Below, piece after piece: positions 27,513-42,413 of a DNA stretch of 64,000 nt. The DNA comes from Chrysomallon squamiferum. Taxonomy: Eukaryota; Animalia; Mollusca. The stretch's first letter is position 1; each line of letters opens with the position of its first letter. Under the pieces are notes generated by a model, which worked only from the letters and a program-made list of their open reading frames with translations, made no database searches and was not told the origin of the DNA. Both the position numbers and the translations under genes were made by a program. The DNA lies in assembly GCA_012295275.1 (NCBI GenBank), contig CM022670.1, forward strand, positions 19,034,001 through 19,098,000, written 5' to 3'.

Positions 27513-28709
27513 CTGCAACTCTATGAAATCACAGTCAATCTATTAGCTAGACAGCATGAACAATACAAGAATGTCCATGTGTGAAAGAAAATAAAACAAA
27601 ACAATTTAGAGTTTATCAGCCAAACTGAATGAACAACAAAATGTAAAAAGATAGAACTAATCACTATAAATGCATTTCTGGCAGTAAATTATTTTAGGCC
27701 AGGACAATCAATAGAAACAAATTGAAAGTAAGATTCATTAATAGGAACAAAATTGATATTATTAACTTCTTTGTCACCTTTATTTCAGAATTAACTTGCA
27801 AGAAGCAAATTTAATTGTTTTTAAATCAGGTCAAAAGAAGATCTAATAAATCCTGTCAGCACCAGATGATGTTTTTGTTAATAGAAAAAAATACATCAAA
27901 TTATATTTATTAAATATGAATTAAAAGTAACAGTTAATTTTTTTATTATTTTTTAATTCAAAATTTAAAATGTATTAGATAATAATTTGTTTCAGAATCT
28001 ATTTAGGTTAGAATAAAAAACAAGAAATAAAATCTGTGAAGAATTTCTGATGCACTCAAGCGAATGTTTTCACAAGTTATTACTATAATCAATCCAGATT
28101 TCAGAGGGCAAAAACCCCCAAGAAATCAAAGTGAAAAAAAAAAAATAAAAAAAAAAAATAAATAAAATAAAATAAAATAAAATAAAATAAAATAAAAAAC
28201 AGAGCTTAGTTTCTAATGATATTAAAATATATACATTTGAATTTAAAATTTTCCTTCCACAAATTCATTATCAGACTTAATAAAAAATTCAGTAAAAAAA
28301 TAATACCACTAAATATTCATATTTTGTTATTATTTAATTCTTTTTTGGCTTGTTTCTTAACATTCAACTTATACATAATCGATAATGCAACAAATTCTGC
28401 AGTATAATTTTTATTTCCAGTGGAAATGTTATCTCACAATCATGAATTCTGTTTAAACACCACAGTGCCAATGGTAGAGTGGCTAGAAAATTCCAGAAAT
28501 ATATATCTAGCCTGACATTCTACAAACAAATTTACTTACACTAAAAATATTAAAGCTGAACATTATTACTTATACTGATATGACAATTATTTGCCCATAG
28601 AAAACAGTTGATATGTGCCAGTATTGCAGTCTTGTACACTGAAAGGTGACATCTGAACTCAATTCTTCAAATCAATAAAACAAAAATATTCTAAAGCCTT
28701 CTTATCTAG

Positions 28710-28748
<39 letters not shown>
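28710..28748. repeat. (ATCT)n microsatellite
   Basis: Direct reading. Confidence 0.9.
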
Positions 28749-31700
28749 CATATATATAAGACACATTTTAACTGAAAACATTTAATGTAACAATGTAGTT
28801 AAGACACGATAACAAGTGAATAACAAAAGTTTAATGATACATTTAACATGAAATTCTGTATGAAGAAATATGGCAACTGTTCTGAAGTGATTTCAGACAA
28901 ATAAAATAATGCAGCAAAGTACTACACCTTATTTTTTAAAAACAAATTTGGGGCTAAATTCCTTACAAAACATTCTGGTTTGTAAAAACATAATAATAAA
29001 ACAAAGACTCTTAGTTATAACAACACTTAGAACTATTCCTGCAGACAAACATATCAATTAAACTTTTCTGCTTATTTTATTATTAGTTTTTTAAAAAATA
29101 ATTTCATATAATAATACATACAGTTTTTGATTACTGTACATAAATATTAAATATTAGGATAGCAGAATAACATGTATTTCTATTCTGATACTAGTTATTC
29201 TTACATTCTATATTTTATGTATTATTTTATTTACACTAATTCTGAATGAATGCAACTAGACTCAAAATAACAACATGTCTGATGTAATAATATCACAAAA
29301 CACTAATGTGTGAAAAGAATAACAATAGTATTAAAGCATAACAACTGAACTCAAGACTTGGATTAAGGCACATGGTATTTACTAAGAACGGAATGCATCC
29401 AATTTACCAGAGATGAAAGGTTACAATATTTAGTAATTTAGGATAATAATTTCAACATGTAATTGTTATAACAAAGGCAAATGTTTAATTATGACTCATT
29501 TCATACAATTTCTTTTCTTTTTTTTCTTTCAATTAATTTTTTTTTATTAATATTCATATTTTTATTTGATAAATAATTAACTTGGCTATGTATGCATATT
29601 ACATAGTGATAAAAAATGTTATATTATTATAGATAATATTCACATTTATGCTCAAAGTATATTAAAAAACCAAAGTAACACATTTTTTTTAATTTTAAAC
29701 AAGCATTCACAGATCAAAAAGAACAATAACCAACAAATAATAAATAAATAATATTGTACATAAAATTTACAGACAGTTTAAAAAAATAAAAAAGTAACAA
29801 AACCTAATCCTAAATAAATTTAAATAATCAGATATATGGAAATGGAAATACTTTAAGCATGATTACTTCAATCCACATAATAGCTATGGTAATGTGTACT
29901 CAATATATATGAAAAAACTGTTGAGCTGCCATAAAAATCTGGTTATTGCAACAGTGGTGATTTAATTCTTTTCATTCAATTAACCTTCAAGAACACACAA
30001 GTCACGTTTTCTGCGACAAATTAATTACTGGTGACATTTTATAGGCATTTTCTTTCATTTCTTGTGACCTTTACTTGATTATAACATTACCTTTATTCCA
30101 TTTTTTTTTTTTTTTTTTTTTTTTGTTGTATGCTAGTGTCCTTTTTTAAATAGCATTTGGTGTGTGTGGCAAATAAATCAAAATTGATTTGAAGTACTGT
30201 CCTTTTAAGTCATTTCAATATAACTGTCTTTTGTTATTGTAGTAAACAAGTAACACAACAATTTGATTATATTTCTCTATTTTTTGAGTTTTTCTTAGGG
30301 TGGATTTTGTTGTTTTTATTGTTGCTTTCTATTGTTATTGTTGTTGTTGTTGTTGTTAGGATTTGTTGTTGAAATATTGTAATATGTTAATTGCTTCATG
30401 ATACAAATAGATGTTGGCAAGGATTTGTAATTAAAGTTACGTGTTTTTTTCTTCTATCAACAATCAAAATTAATTTGTAAGTATACACACACTTCCTTTG
30501 GGCATATTTTATATGTCATCAAAAATATATTTCATAAAATGTCTATTTTGAATATTTGTGTGACCTTCTGGACATAAGACAGATACTCAACCCCTAGATA
30601 AAATCCAAAATCCTTCTTTCAAAACTACTTTATACACAGAGAACCAGACAAGTTATTTCAACATACTTAATGAAACCCTAGCATGATAAGCTTAGCAATC
30701 ATTGTAAAAGACAAAATGGAAAATCTCTGATGACTACTTTGACTGTTTTGCCAAATCTCAGCAGGATGATGAATACATCCTGGTTAATAATGATGTCTGA
30801 GACAAAGTGTGAAGGCAAGAAATAATACTTTTATTTGTGTCTTTATTATATGTCAAGGGAAAGAAACTAAATATTTACTTGTTTCTCTATCCCTACATTT
30901 CTGTAATTTAAGTTTTGCGTTTGCCTGAGATTTCTCTGGTGTCAAAAACAACATCCCATGTAGCACAGATCAGTGCATACAAAAATGTCATTATTTGAAC
31001 TCTTTTTAATAATGATTAGGAACCTTTAAAAAATGCAATACAATAAAGATAAGAAGGGTCACCCACAGAGAAAATACAAATTCATTATTTACAAATAATT
31101 TAAATTTAAAAAAATGTTTAATGCAGGCTTCAAAATTGATTTTTTCTTTTCTTTCTTTCTTTTTTTTTTTTTTTTTTTTGTAAAACCAATGGTTATCAAT
31201 CAAATGCTGATGCTAGGAACCAACTAAAAATTGAGGAACTAAATCAATCTTAATGCCACCAAGATTCAAACATTGAAAAGCCACTGATTCTGTTAAATCA
31301 CTACAGAAATAGAAGAGGTAAATAAAATAAAAAATCAATACAAGTCGGTTGAACAAGTGAAAAATGAATGATGTTAGTGTTCTTTCAATGATGGTGATTG
31401 AGTGTTTCAGATTTAGAAAACATTGATCATTAACTGAAATTACTGCAATGTCAAAATTCGTGTCCTGAAATTTTTTCCACAGAATGTATTCTTCAGTCTA
31501 ATATATTCATTAGATAAGTGAACAAATTTCTTAAATTTATTTATTTATTTATTATTATTATTATTATTAATTTTATTTATATATTTTTAAATTCTTATTC
31601 TTATTGTTATTATTTTTTAATTATTGATAACAAATCATTTGTGGTAACTATATATATATATATTTTAACTGTGCATTTGTTTGAAAGATTAATAAGAACT

Positions 31701-33157
31701 AAAATTTTATGAAAAACTCTTTTACAAACTTTCTTTAAAAAGACAAAAAGAAAAAAATGATTTGTGCTATATTTTAATATTGATTTTGTAAGTGGGTTCA
31801 TTCTGTAGGAAGGTGGAAGGAATAGGAACATTTCAGTTATCATTTTATTTTTATCCATAACCATAATTTTATTAATTTAAAAAAAAAAAAAGGAAGTAAA
31901 AAAAAGTTTTCTTTGGTGTAACAACAACTCAGTCTCATCACATTATTAACCTTTTTATCCAGAATACTTTCTGTTTTTTAATGTTGATTATTACAAATAA
32001 AAATGACACTCAAGTAAATGTCTCTATTGACATAAACAGAAGAAAAGGAGTATTTTGTTCACTTTTTCCCATGGCTCTTATGCTTTTAGACACAATTTGC
32101 CAGAAAGAAACAAAATAATAATGTGTTCATCTGCTTTTCAAAAACAATATTCAAAATGGCTACAATTATTATTTCTATTAGGCTAAATAAAAAGTAGTAG
32201 TAGTAATAATAATAATAATAATAAAACAATTTAAATATTTATTAATATAAAAGATTTTCCACAAGTTAAAAAAATAATAATAATAATTTATGAATTTTAT
32301 CATACATCATTTCTGGTCATAAAGAAATATCTAAGATGCAGCAAGAGATAAAAAAAAGTTTTATTTCTCTCGTGCTATAAATAACAGACAGTAGCATCTT
32401 TCAGGGATATGGTTATGAATGCCCTGTAGGCAGAGAAAGACTCTAATCAAGTTAAACCTTGACATTCCAGTCATTGTCTGCGGCTGTGTTTGTGGGCTGC
32501 ATTTAATGACAGTGGCCTGCCAGGTGACTTTGGCCAGATTAGAAAGGACACACATGTGTGGAGAAAATAATTTATTAAATTCCTAGAGGATTATACAATG
32601 CTACTGCTGCCAAGTCAAATCCATAATGTACATGGAATGGAGTATGACCCATCAGGCTGTTTCCACAAGAAGCAATTTTTATTTTGCAAGGACTGCTTCA
32701 AGGGAAAGATGTCTAAACTGCAGGATGGATTTGGCACCATACTTGGTGTGGCTAGCTATGTAATCAGATTTGTAACAAGCAGATGTTTTTGTTTTTTATT
32801 TCTGGTTATTGTTTTTGTTTTTTTGCAATTACAAGATGAGCTATTCAAAAAAGAAAAAAGAAAAGAATGAAACATAATTGTCTAAATTGCTTGGAAATGC
32901 TTTAAGGAATTTGTTTTCTTTTTCTAATTAATATTAGTTGAATAAAGAAACAGTTAAAAGAGAATCTTATGAAAATTATTAATCTAGCATTTCCAAAAAA
33001 TTGCAGCAACAATAAAAACAAGAATAATAATAATTATAATTTTAAATAAAGAAAAAGAGAGCTACTATAAATGAAATGACTTTTTTTTTTTTTTTTTTTT
33101 TTAAAAGATAATAAGAAATGAATGTCACAAAAGAAAGTAATATTTACTTTCTGAAAG

Positions 33158-33201
<44 letters not shown>

Positions 33202-36200
33202 GGAAGAGATAGAACTGATATTTAAAGATACACAAATATTACAAAACATATCAATTAATAAAGTCAGCAACAATAAATGGGAAGGAATGAACAAGAGTGT
33301 CAAAAAAAAAGAGAAAAAGGTTGAAGATAACTTTTATTTCAAAAGAAGTAAAATGCTTGTTTTTGCAGGCAGGAATTCAACCATAATACTGAACCGAGCA
33401 TTAGACAGATTACCTTTTCAGTTAATTAAGTGACTTTAATGTTTCCTCAGTTAGACAGCCATATTCAGCATTAGTAATCCAGTGTCTGCAATGGTCATCC
33501 TTGAATCATATTGACAAGTTCTTTACATTATTCTGGAACTCAAGAATGAAAATCTAATGGTGGAGAATTTCCCAGACAAAATAAAGTTTCCACTTAAAAT
33601 AGTACATCATATAGTATATAATATATGAACTTGTCTCCATTTAAAAACAAGAATATAAACTAAGAAATTTGTATACAATTGTGTTTCCATTCTTTAAATG
33701 TCATTAGTATTTTTTATTTTATGTTCTATTTCTATGCTTCAGCAATACACTATGACTTTATGTATTTCTTTATGGACTCAGACATACCTGAATATATTAT
33801 AAATTTACATTTTTATATAACTTATCATAAAGTATTTTATAATAAATGGGTTATGTCTATTTATTTTTTAAAAATCCATTTAATTTCAAAAGCACAACAT
33901 TCCTAATTATCTGACAATTAAATATTATTTTTATTTACTTTTCAGTTTACATAATACAAGTGTCTAATGATAAAATATTTACTGAATTTGTTCTTTCACT
34001 CCTTGTTCTAAAGAAAATACAAAAATGAGCTCAGCATTTCTTTAACTGACTGACACAAACAGCCAGGATTTTAGCACATATTCCAGGCATGCACAGTAAA
34101 TGTTTGCTCCAATGCTACCAATAGTATTGATTTGAAAAACTATCAGGATCTATCAGTACTCAGATTTGTTTAACACTCTGGTCTCTTTTTCTCTTGAGTA
34201 CAGTAAATCAATTTGTGCTGTCAACAATAGATTCTATATTCAGACGACATGAAAATGTAATGCTGAACTAAATTAATTTTATTTATTCATAAATTACTTA
34301 TTTATTTATTAAAATGTGTAGCCAAGAGAAACTACTTTCACATGACTTAAATATATCTTAGTGTTTTGTTTTTATTCAGTTTATGTTATTTATTTATTAA
34401 TATTTGTACCATCAATTACAGAAATTCAGTTTACATGGCATAATTAGATCAAGTATTTTAAATTTCTATTTAAATACATTTTTATTTATATAAATTTGCA
34501 CTATTAACTACAGAAACTATGTGAAGGTGATCTAAATCAAATCTATAATTTTGTTTATTTATTTATTTAAATTTGCATTGAAGTTTCAGAAGCTATATTC
34601 AGGTAACTTTACAGATCACAGAATGAATTTTGTAAATATAGTATAAATAATTATTTCTGTAATTATTTCTTTATTTAGAATACAAGGAAGGAATGTCACA
34701 TTTTTTGTTATAAAATTATTTATTTATTTATTTATTTCCACATAACAGTTTTTGGAAATTTAATTTTAACAATAAATGATTTATTGATTAATTAATGCCT
34801 TCATCCTCTAATGTTATCAAGAAGAAATTTATATTAAGATTTTTTAAAAACTATTTTTACTGTGAAATTTTATTTAAAATTTTATTTATATGATATCAAG
34901 AAGGGGTAATTATTTGTAATTATACAAAAAGGTGATCCCATATTATGATAAATTAAATAAGTCAAAATGTTTTTCCTAAATTCATTTTAAAAACTGTTTA
35001 TTTATATCTAGCATCTTCAAGATATTATTCATTTAACTGAACTATAAATGTCGCTCCAGTTTGTAAATTTATTTATTTATCTTAACAACAGAAGCTTCGT
35101 TCTAGTCTTAGTAAAATACTATTTATTTATTTGTATGATATATCATAAAGATTTACTCCCTTAATTTTAATCTATTTATATATTAGATGCTCTAATCAAA
35201 TTCATTTTCTCTCTTAATCATAAATTTTCTCCATACTAAACTGGTGTTAAGAAAATCGACAAACTGATTTTAGTGTGATGGCTGCAACAGACATATCCAT
35301 CAGTGAGTAATTGCTGCTTCTATCCACATTAATCAATGACAGAGTCAGGAAAAAACAAATAGGTTTACTTTGTAAAAGATTATATAAATTCATGAACTGA
35401 CCAAATTTAGCTGCCTTCTTTAGATTCACAAAGAAAATAAATTAATAAAGTGAAAAAAGAAAGAAAGAAAATATTTAACCAATAATAATAATTAGAAACC
35501 CCCCAAAACTGTAATAATATAAATATATGTATATATAATAATAACCATAATAATAAATAGCTGCATAAATAATATTAAAAAAATAATGAACTCCATACAT
35601 CAAAAATAAATAAATAAATAATATTAATAATAAATAATAATAAAATAAATAGAATTTTATAATTAATAATTCAAATAAAATGATGAAAATTAAAAAGTAC
35701 AATCAACAAAAAAAATAAAAAAAAAATAAAAAAAAAGATTTACTGGCAATGGAATAGCTTTTAAATTAAATAAATGAAAGATATATCCATTATGGTGTAA
35801 GCAGATTTATGTGCTTGGTCATAGATTTCTTTTAACACTGTGGCTGTCAAAGTCTTCAATGATTTCTGAGTAACGCAGTCTAAGATAACAGAACAATGTT
35901 GCTGACCAGGATGCTGAAGTAGTTGTCAAGTTATTAGATTTAAGACTGGTTGCATTGGGATCTTGTTGACCTACTCTCTTACTGATCTCTCTCTGGCCAG
36001 AGATAGGAATGAAGAAATGGAGTTAAAGAAATAACACATTACAATGCATTATTAATGAATCAAAGAATAAATTTAGCTAAATACTAACACATTAAAATGG
36101 GTAATAATGTTTCTTATCACAAGGTAAATATTGTCTAAAAATACTAGTGTGAAAAGATGAATAAAATATTCCCTTTCTTTTCTTTTATGTTTAAGTGAGA

Positions 36201-38580
36201 TATTAATCTGAAATTGATTTTCCCTTGTAATAATTTATATTTAAAAATATTGTGAAGTGAGCAAAGAAGTATAAAACATATGCAATGACATACTGCAGTG
36301 TTATGAAATTCTAAAAAGTGAACAATTACTATACACTAACCAATGAAAAAGTGGAAGTGAGCAATGTAATATACAGACAGAGTAATCACTGAAATAATAA
36401 TTGACTGAAATTACCTTTATTTTTATATTATATTTACTGCAATAATAACTTTGTGGGGTTTGTTATTCTCTACATAAAATGTATCAGTATGCTGTAATAA
36501 TAAAAAATAAATAAATAAAAAATAAAAATTAAATAAATAGAAATTTAATAAAAGGTGACACAAACCAGTCACGAAATAGCTATGTTGTGTCTGTTGTTAT
36601 CATCTATTCCAATGTCAAACCAAAGTTTAAATAGCAGGGGACCATTTGTAAAAATGAGAAGATAGTAATTCAGTCAAATTCTACATAAAGATAATCATTT
36701 GATGGAATTTTATGCAGAGGTCTCAGCCAACCCAAAAGAGAAAACTGCTCTCCTTTCATACAAGATAAAATCTTATTTTGTTTTATTACTGCAGTTGCTG
36801 TCAGTTTTGTCTAGTCTGTGCATTATTTTGCCACGGACCTACTCTCATCATTAATTTTATTTAATATACCTGACTATCATAGGAAAAATGAATTTAACAA
36901 AAAAAAAAAAAAAAAAATGTAGATTAATGAATTCAAAAAAAATATATTAATATATGACAAGTTTCATATTAACTTTCCTCCCAGCTTTGAAACTGACATG
37001 CTTTCTACACATCAAAGACTTGGTTTAATCAACAGAAAAGCATTTGCCAGCAGGATTGAAAGTTTGATCTGCTTAATTAATATGAAGACATAATAAGCTA
37101 CTTTCCAGCTCCATATGTGACCTGTGTCTGTAGCTGTTCAGTATTGTCAGCTTACACTGGAACTATTTAAATGAGTGGGAACAAACAATGTTGTAGTATA
37201 TGGCATACAATCAAGGAAAATTTGGGTTTTTTTTAACAAAATAAAATAAAATTAGATCAAGAAATATCTCTTGCCAATAACAGATTGCATAATGTAACTT
37301 GTATACAAACTTAAAATAATTTCCATTCTTTATTTGATCACTTAATTAAAGCCCTTTAAAAGCCAAGAAATGACTAAATTATGGAAGGAATATTTGTCTA
37401 CTGATACACTTTTCAGTATTAACAGTTATGTGTCAAATACATTGTTTTTTTCTGTAATAATGATATATGAGAGAACAAACTCATTGCTACCACTTGAAGA
37501 CCCATTCTTAAAGATTATCAGTCAATACATCTTTCATATGCAATTTTCCATAAACAGGAAAACACTTGACACAGCCTTTGATACAACACTCATATAGAAA
37601 AGGAAATAACACAGTGAATGCACTGATTTTTTTTTTTTTTTATTTTTTATTAATTCATATTTTAGGTGACTGCATTTATAGGCCAAAGATTATATCACTA
37701 AGGTGCAGCACTCTGCTTGCCAGCTGCTACAGATTTCAGCTATTGATAAAATTACACAGGCACTTTTTTCAAACATTTCACAAGTATTGTTCTCATTCAC
37801 CATGCTGCTCACTGTTGCTGAACTTTCATTCATTGATTTTTATGTTTGCTAAAAGAAATTATAAGGCTGGTTCATCGATCTGGATCTGAAAAATCCATAT
37901 CTGAACACATGGTGTGTTAATGCAAAGTTATTTTATTCAATCACTTCCTGTGCTGTAACTGGTTACTTTTTTTCCCTCATGAAATTCAATTACTTCAGCT
38001 ACTTGATGGGCAGTAATTTCCTCAGTAAATGGAGTGCATGTTCAAGTAATGTAATTTAGCCATTTTCTGTCTCCACTTTAATGTTTCACATACTTAAATA
38101 ACATATGTGATGATGAAATCTTATTTGAGCAAATGTGCAATCTTGGTTTTATGTTCATTATTTTCTTTTTCATTCAGTTTCAGAAATACCTATAGGTATA
38201 CAGTGTAAAAATGTGTATGTACATATTTATATTGTGTTTATAGATGTGTGTGTAATAAAACTTAATAATACTAGCCTTTCTGAAGGCTTAGCCTGTTTAA
38301 TAACTACAGGAAGACCAGACCTATTTTTGTGTTTATTGACACTGGTTGATACAAAAATAGGAGTATTGTAATTTAGAATGCTGTCATCTAAAACAAAACC
38401 ATTTTGTGGGATTGTGAGTGTATGCTTGTATTTGTGTGCATGTGTGTGTGTGTGTGTGTGCATGCGTGTGGGTTGGTATGTCCCAAATGAAGTAAAATAA
38501 AACAAATTCTTTTCCTTATTAATAATGAAGATAAAATATTTAGATTTTACTTTGTTATTTCTTCTTTCTTTTGTTATTAT

Positions 38581-38613
<33 letters not shown>

Positions 38614-39142
38614 CAGAATGAATGGAAATCCATTTTCACTGACAAAAAATATTAATCTAATGATTTGTGTGAATATTTTTTGCATTACATACAATTCCAT
38701 GAAAGAAAAGCTGAAAAAGTCTATAATGAAGTATGTATTTTTTGTCTGCTTGAAAGTAGAACATAAAGAACAAATAAAAAAAAAAACTAATAATTAATAA
38801 TAATAATCAACTTTTTCAATTAAAACTGCACAGAGAACAAGCATGTTACATTCTGACTAAACAACTAGAAATACAATCAGTATATAACGTTACAGCAATA
38901 AAATTATCATGCTTGAACTAAAAACACTCAGGTAATATTTGTATAATATTAATACATGTCCAGAAAGGAAATATACAAAAACAAATGAAAGACCACACAC
39001 ATTAAAAGTAATTGTTTTGCATTCACCATTTATATGTTAATCTAGCAATAGCTAAAAGGTTTTCTTTATTATCATTAAAAAAAAATCTATATAACAAATT
39101 TTGCATTTAACCAATGAAAAGAATAATCTGTATAATTCATAC

Positions 39143-39166
39143 AGATTATTCTGATCACCTTGAAAC
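39143..39166 (-). CDS. Candidate 24-nt microexon (GFKVIRII) with hairpin-covered donor
   Basis: ttaacatttgctttgactgctatcatttcaccag|GT TTC AAG GTG ATC AGA ATA ATC T|gtatga; phase 1-1. Confidence 0.4.
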
Positions 39167-39500
39167 CTGGTGAAATGATAGCAGTCAAAGCAAATGTTAA
39201 CTTCTGGTGCTGATTCTTTTCTTGATGAAAGATTTTATACAAAAATAATAAATAGTCAATAAAAATAAAAATACATGTTCATCATTTCTTTTAATTTATT
39301 TGGAGGCAAAACTAAATATTTTATTCTTGTGGCTTTAATAACAAAATAAATTTTAAAAAAGCAAAAAAGAAACCAAGACACCTCAAATGTCAAGGTCATC
39401 ACCAAGACAACAACATAACACAAATAATACCAAAACCATATGACAATAGCATCACAACAAAGAGATTTAAAAGGATAATAATGATAATAATAAAACTAAC

Positions 39501-39683
39501 CTGGGACAGCCACAAAAAACTTGACAGCATCTTTATGTCCATGGAATGAAAGCTGAGCTTGTGCCATGGAGCAGTAGGGTATAAAACTGCTGGGTGTCAC
39601 ACTGTCTGTCCCTGCGTCACTGTACACACGCACAACACCGCCTGGTTGACGCTTGCTTGATGTTGTTACTTGTTGTTTATTAC
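39501..39683 (-). CDS. MAPK8IP3: JIP3 exon [22 protein letters not shown]...[29 protein letters not shown]
   Basis: atgacag|GT AAT...CCA G|gttagt, 183 nt, phase 1-1. Confidence 0.96.
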
Positions 39684-40643
39684 CTGTCATTAAATCAACG
39701 CAAAGAAAATTATTAATAATAAGGAAGCATACAAACATGTTTTTAAGACATTTACATTTATTTCAATAACAGTAAAATACAATAATAAAACAATGTAAAT
39801 CGTTTGGTTTTGGAGATTTGATCTTTCTTGTAAATATCAATCTGTTATATTTATTGGAGGGTTTTGGTTTTAATGTCAGCATTAAACTATAGATTTTTCT
39901 ATATAACAGACAGGCAGTGATGTATTAATTCCAAAAATCCATGTTTTAAATTCACAAAAATGTAATTAGAGAGATGAAAACAAAAAAAACAACATATAAT
40001 AAACAAGAATCGGTTATAAAATAGTTTATAAGCTTATTAATATAACCAATAAAAACAAAGAGGAAGAAAGAAAAAAGAAGAGATTTATGGCTGATATTTA
40101 TTACTTTTAGTAAAACATCTGCTGTGGTTGTAAAATATAGTTATTTCTACCGTAACAGAAAAGGTTCATATAAACATAAAAAAGTTAAGACAGAATACCT
40201 GTTTACAAAGAGAAATACATAATATCATAAAAAAAACTTTGGATATAAACATGCAAATGCAACTGGTCAAATTTAACTTTCTCTTACACTGCACAATTAA
40301 TAAATTAAGAAACAGTTTTGTGAAAAATGATGGCACTTGCAGTTCTGATCTACCTCCAAATCATGATTATAGATTTTGTGAAAATGTTAGTCTACAAAAT
40401 AAGTTGGTGATGTAAGTTCCTTATGGCCTACTTCAGGAATAAAATTCTACAAGCCTGTAATTCTTTAACTACAGCAAGTTTTTTAGCAAATGTTCAATGT
40501 AAAAAATTTTTTACTTTTGTCTGTTCAAGCTTAGTTCAGTAAAAAGGTTACATTTTATTTAAAAGAAACACTGAAAATTGCTAAAGTTTTTATAGTAATA
40601 AGAAGTTAACATTTTATCACGATATGGCAAAGTGCAGTCTTAC

Positions 40644-40757
40644 TTTCTGACAGTGGCACTGAAATGATGACTCCATTTCCTGTTCCAATCCATAGACGAT
40701 TGCAAGATATCAACATGGCTGTTATTCGCACAAAAGAAAAGCCAAGTTTGCCAGTGC
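40644..40757 (-). CDS. MAPK8IP3: JIP3 exon [37 protein letters not shown]
   Basis: attttag|GC ACT...GAA A|gtaaga, 114 nt, phase 1-1. Confidence 0.97.
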
Positions 40758-40849
40758 CTAAAATAAAAGCATATTAACCAATAAATGCAAACTGTGGAAA
40801 ATGAAAAAAAAATGTTTCATGAAATGTTTTAATTTTGTTTTAAATGATA

Positions 40850-40897
<48 letters not shown>

Positions 40898-41073
40898 GTG
40901 CATTTGTGCTGAATGATATTAAAAAACGGACAACATCAGAAAAGAGAGAGAAGACTAATAAAATAAAATATCAGTAATTCATTCATATAACTGTTATAAT
41001 GACTTAAGGGGCATAACTCTGCCAAAGATAAATCTTCTAAAAATGTATGGATTAGATCAAACACTTTAAAAAA

Positions 41074-41104
<31 letters not shown>

Positions 41105-41211
41105 TAATTAGAAGATGAAGAAGAAGAAGAAAAATGCATAATCACCACAAAGCAATATTATTTAAATAATTTATTTCAAAATAACTGTTTTACCATCATA
41201 TTTTATCTTCA

Positions 41212-41550
<339 letters not shown>

Positions 41551-41820
41551 TTAATATATATGTAATATTTTTAAAAAAAGTAAAAAAAAGACAAAGTTCA
41601 CAAATAAAGAATTTTTAGTTTTGTCACATGCTAGCAGGCGTGAACTTATATAATATGGTAATTTGAAATTATTATTGTTATTTTATAATGTAATAAAATA
41701 ATACATAGTTACTAAAATAAAAATAAAATAACTAAAAAAACCTATTAAAAAATACCTATTAAATTTATTTTAATTCTTTCCAAAACCGTTACCCTCTAAT
41801 AATAAAGTATTGGAACTCAC

Positions 41821-41972
41821 AGATATTGCCATGGATTTAGGATCAATGATGTGTATCTTATTCTTGTAGCCACACCAGACATATTTGCCAGCAATAACTG
41901 TCATGCAGCGAATTGAGTGGTGAGGTTTGCCCAGGTCTAGAAGATGATAATTCTTCAAATCCCACTGACCAT
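41821..41972 (-). CDS. MAPK8IP3: JIP3 exon [50 protein letters not shown]
   Basis: tttttcag|AT GGT...ATA TCT|gtgagt, 152 nt, phase 1-0. Confidence 0.96.
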
Positions 41973-42413
41973 CTGAAAAATAAGAATGTTTTTAAGATGT
42001 TTTAGCTTTAATTTATTATAAATAAAAAATTTACATCAAAGATAATTTATGTAAATTCATTTAGTGTAATTTTAATTAGCAAAAAACCTACCATTTGAAT
42101 ACTAATATAGAGCAATGCAGTAGCTATGAAGATTCATAGAATTAATCTTCCTCATTAGCTGTTTCTTATTTCAGTCTGTAACAATTACCACTTTATCCAG
42201 GAGCATTGTTATTGCTTCTCTGTCAATGCGTGATTAAGTAAAACAATCCTCCCTTAAGAATAGATAATGAGGAGAAACCAGAATTTTTAACCTCAGCTAC
42301 AATCATTATTCAGAAAATGACCGATACCTAATAACCAATACTGTTAAAGTGTGTTAAGGTGTTCTTAGATAATTTTTCAACTCATTTAATTTCAAATATT
42401 AAAATAATATTAC

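Noticed and set aside
29985-30010. 26-nt exon-like unit (tcgcag|...AAG|gttaat)
   Set aside because: Not frame-preserving, weak pyrimidine tract, no compensating partner found
38227-38700. Longest ORF in the track (157 aa)
   Set aside because: Runs through poly(T) and (TG)n tracts; no homology and no fitting splice sites
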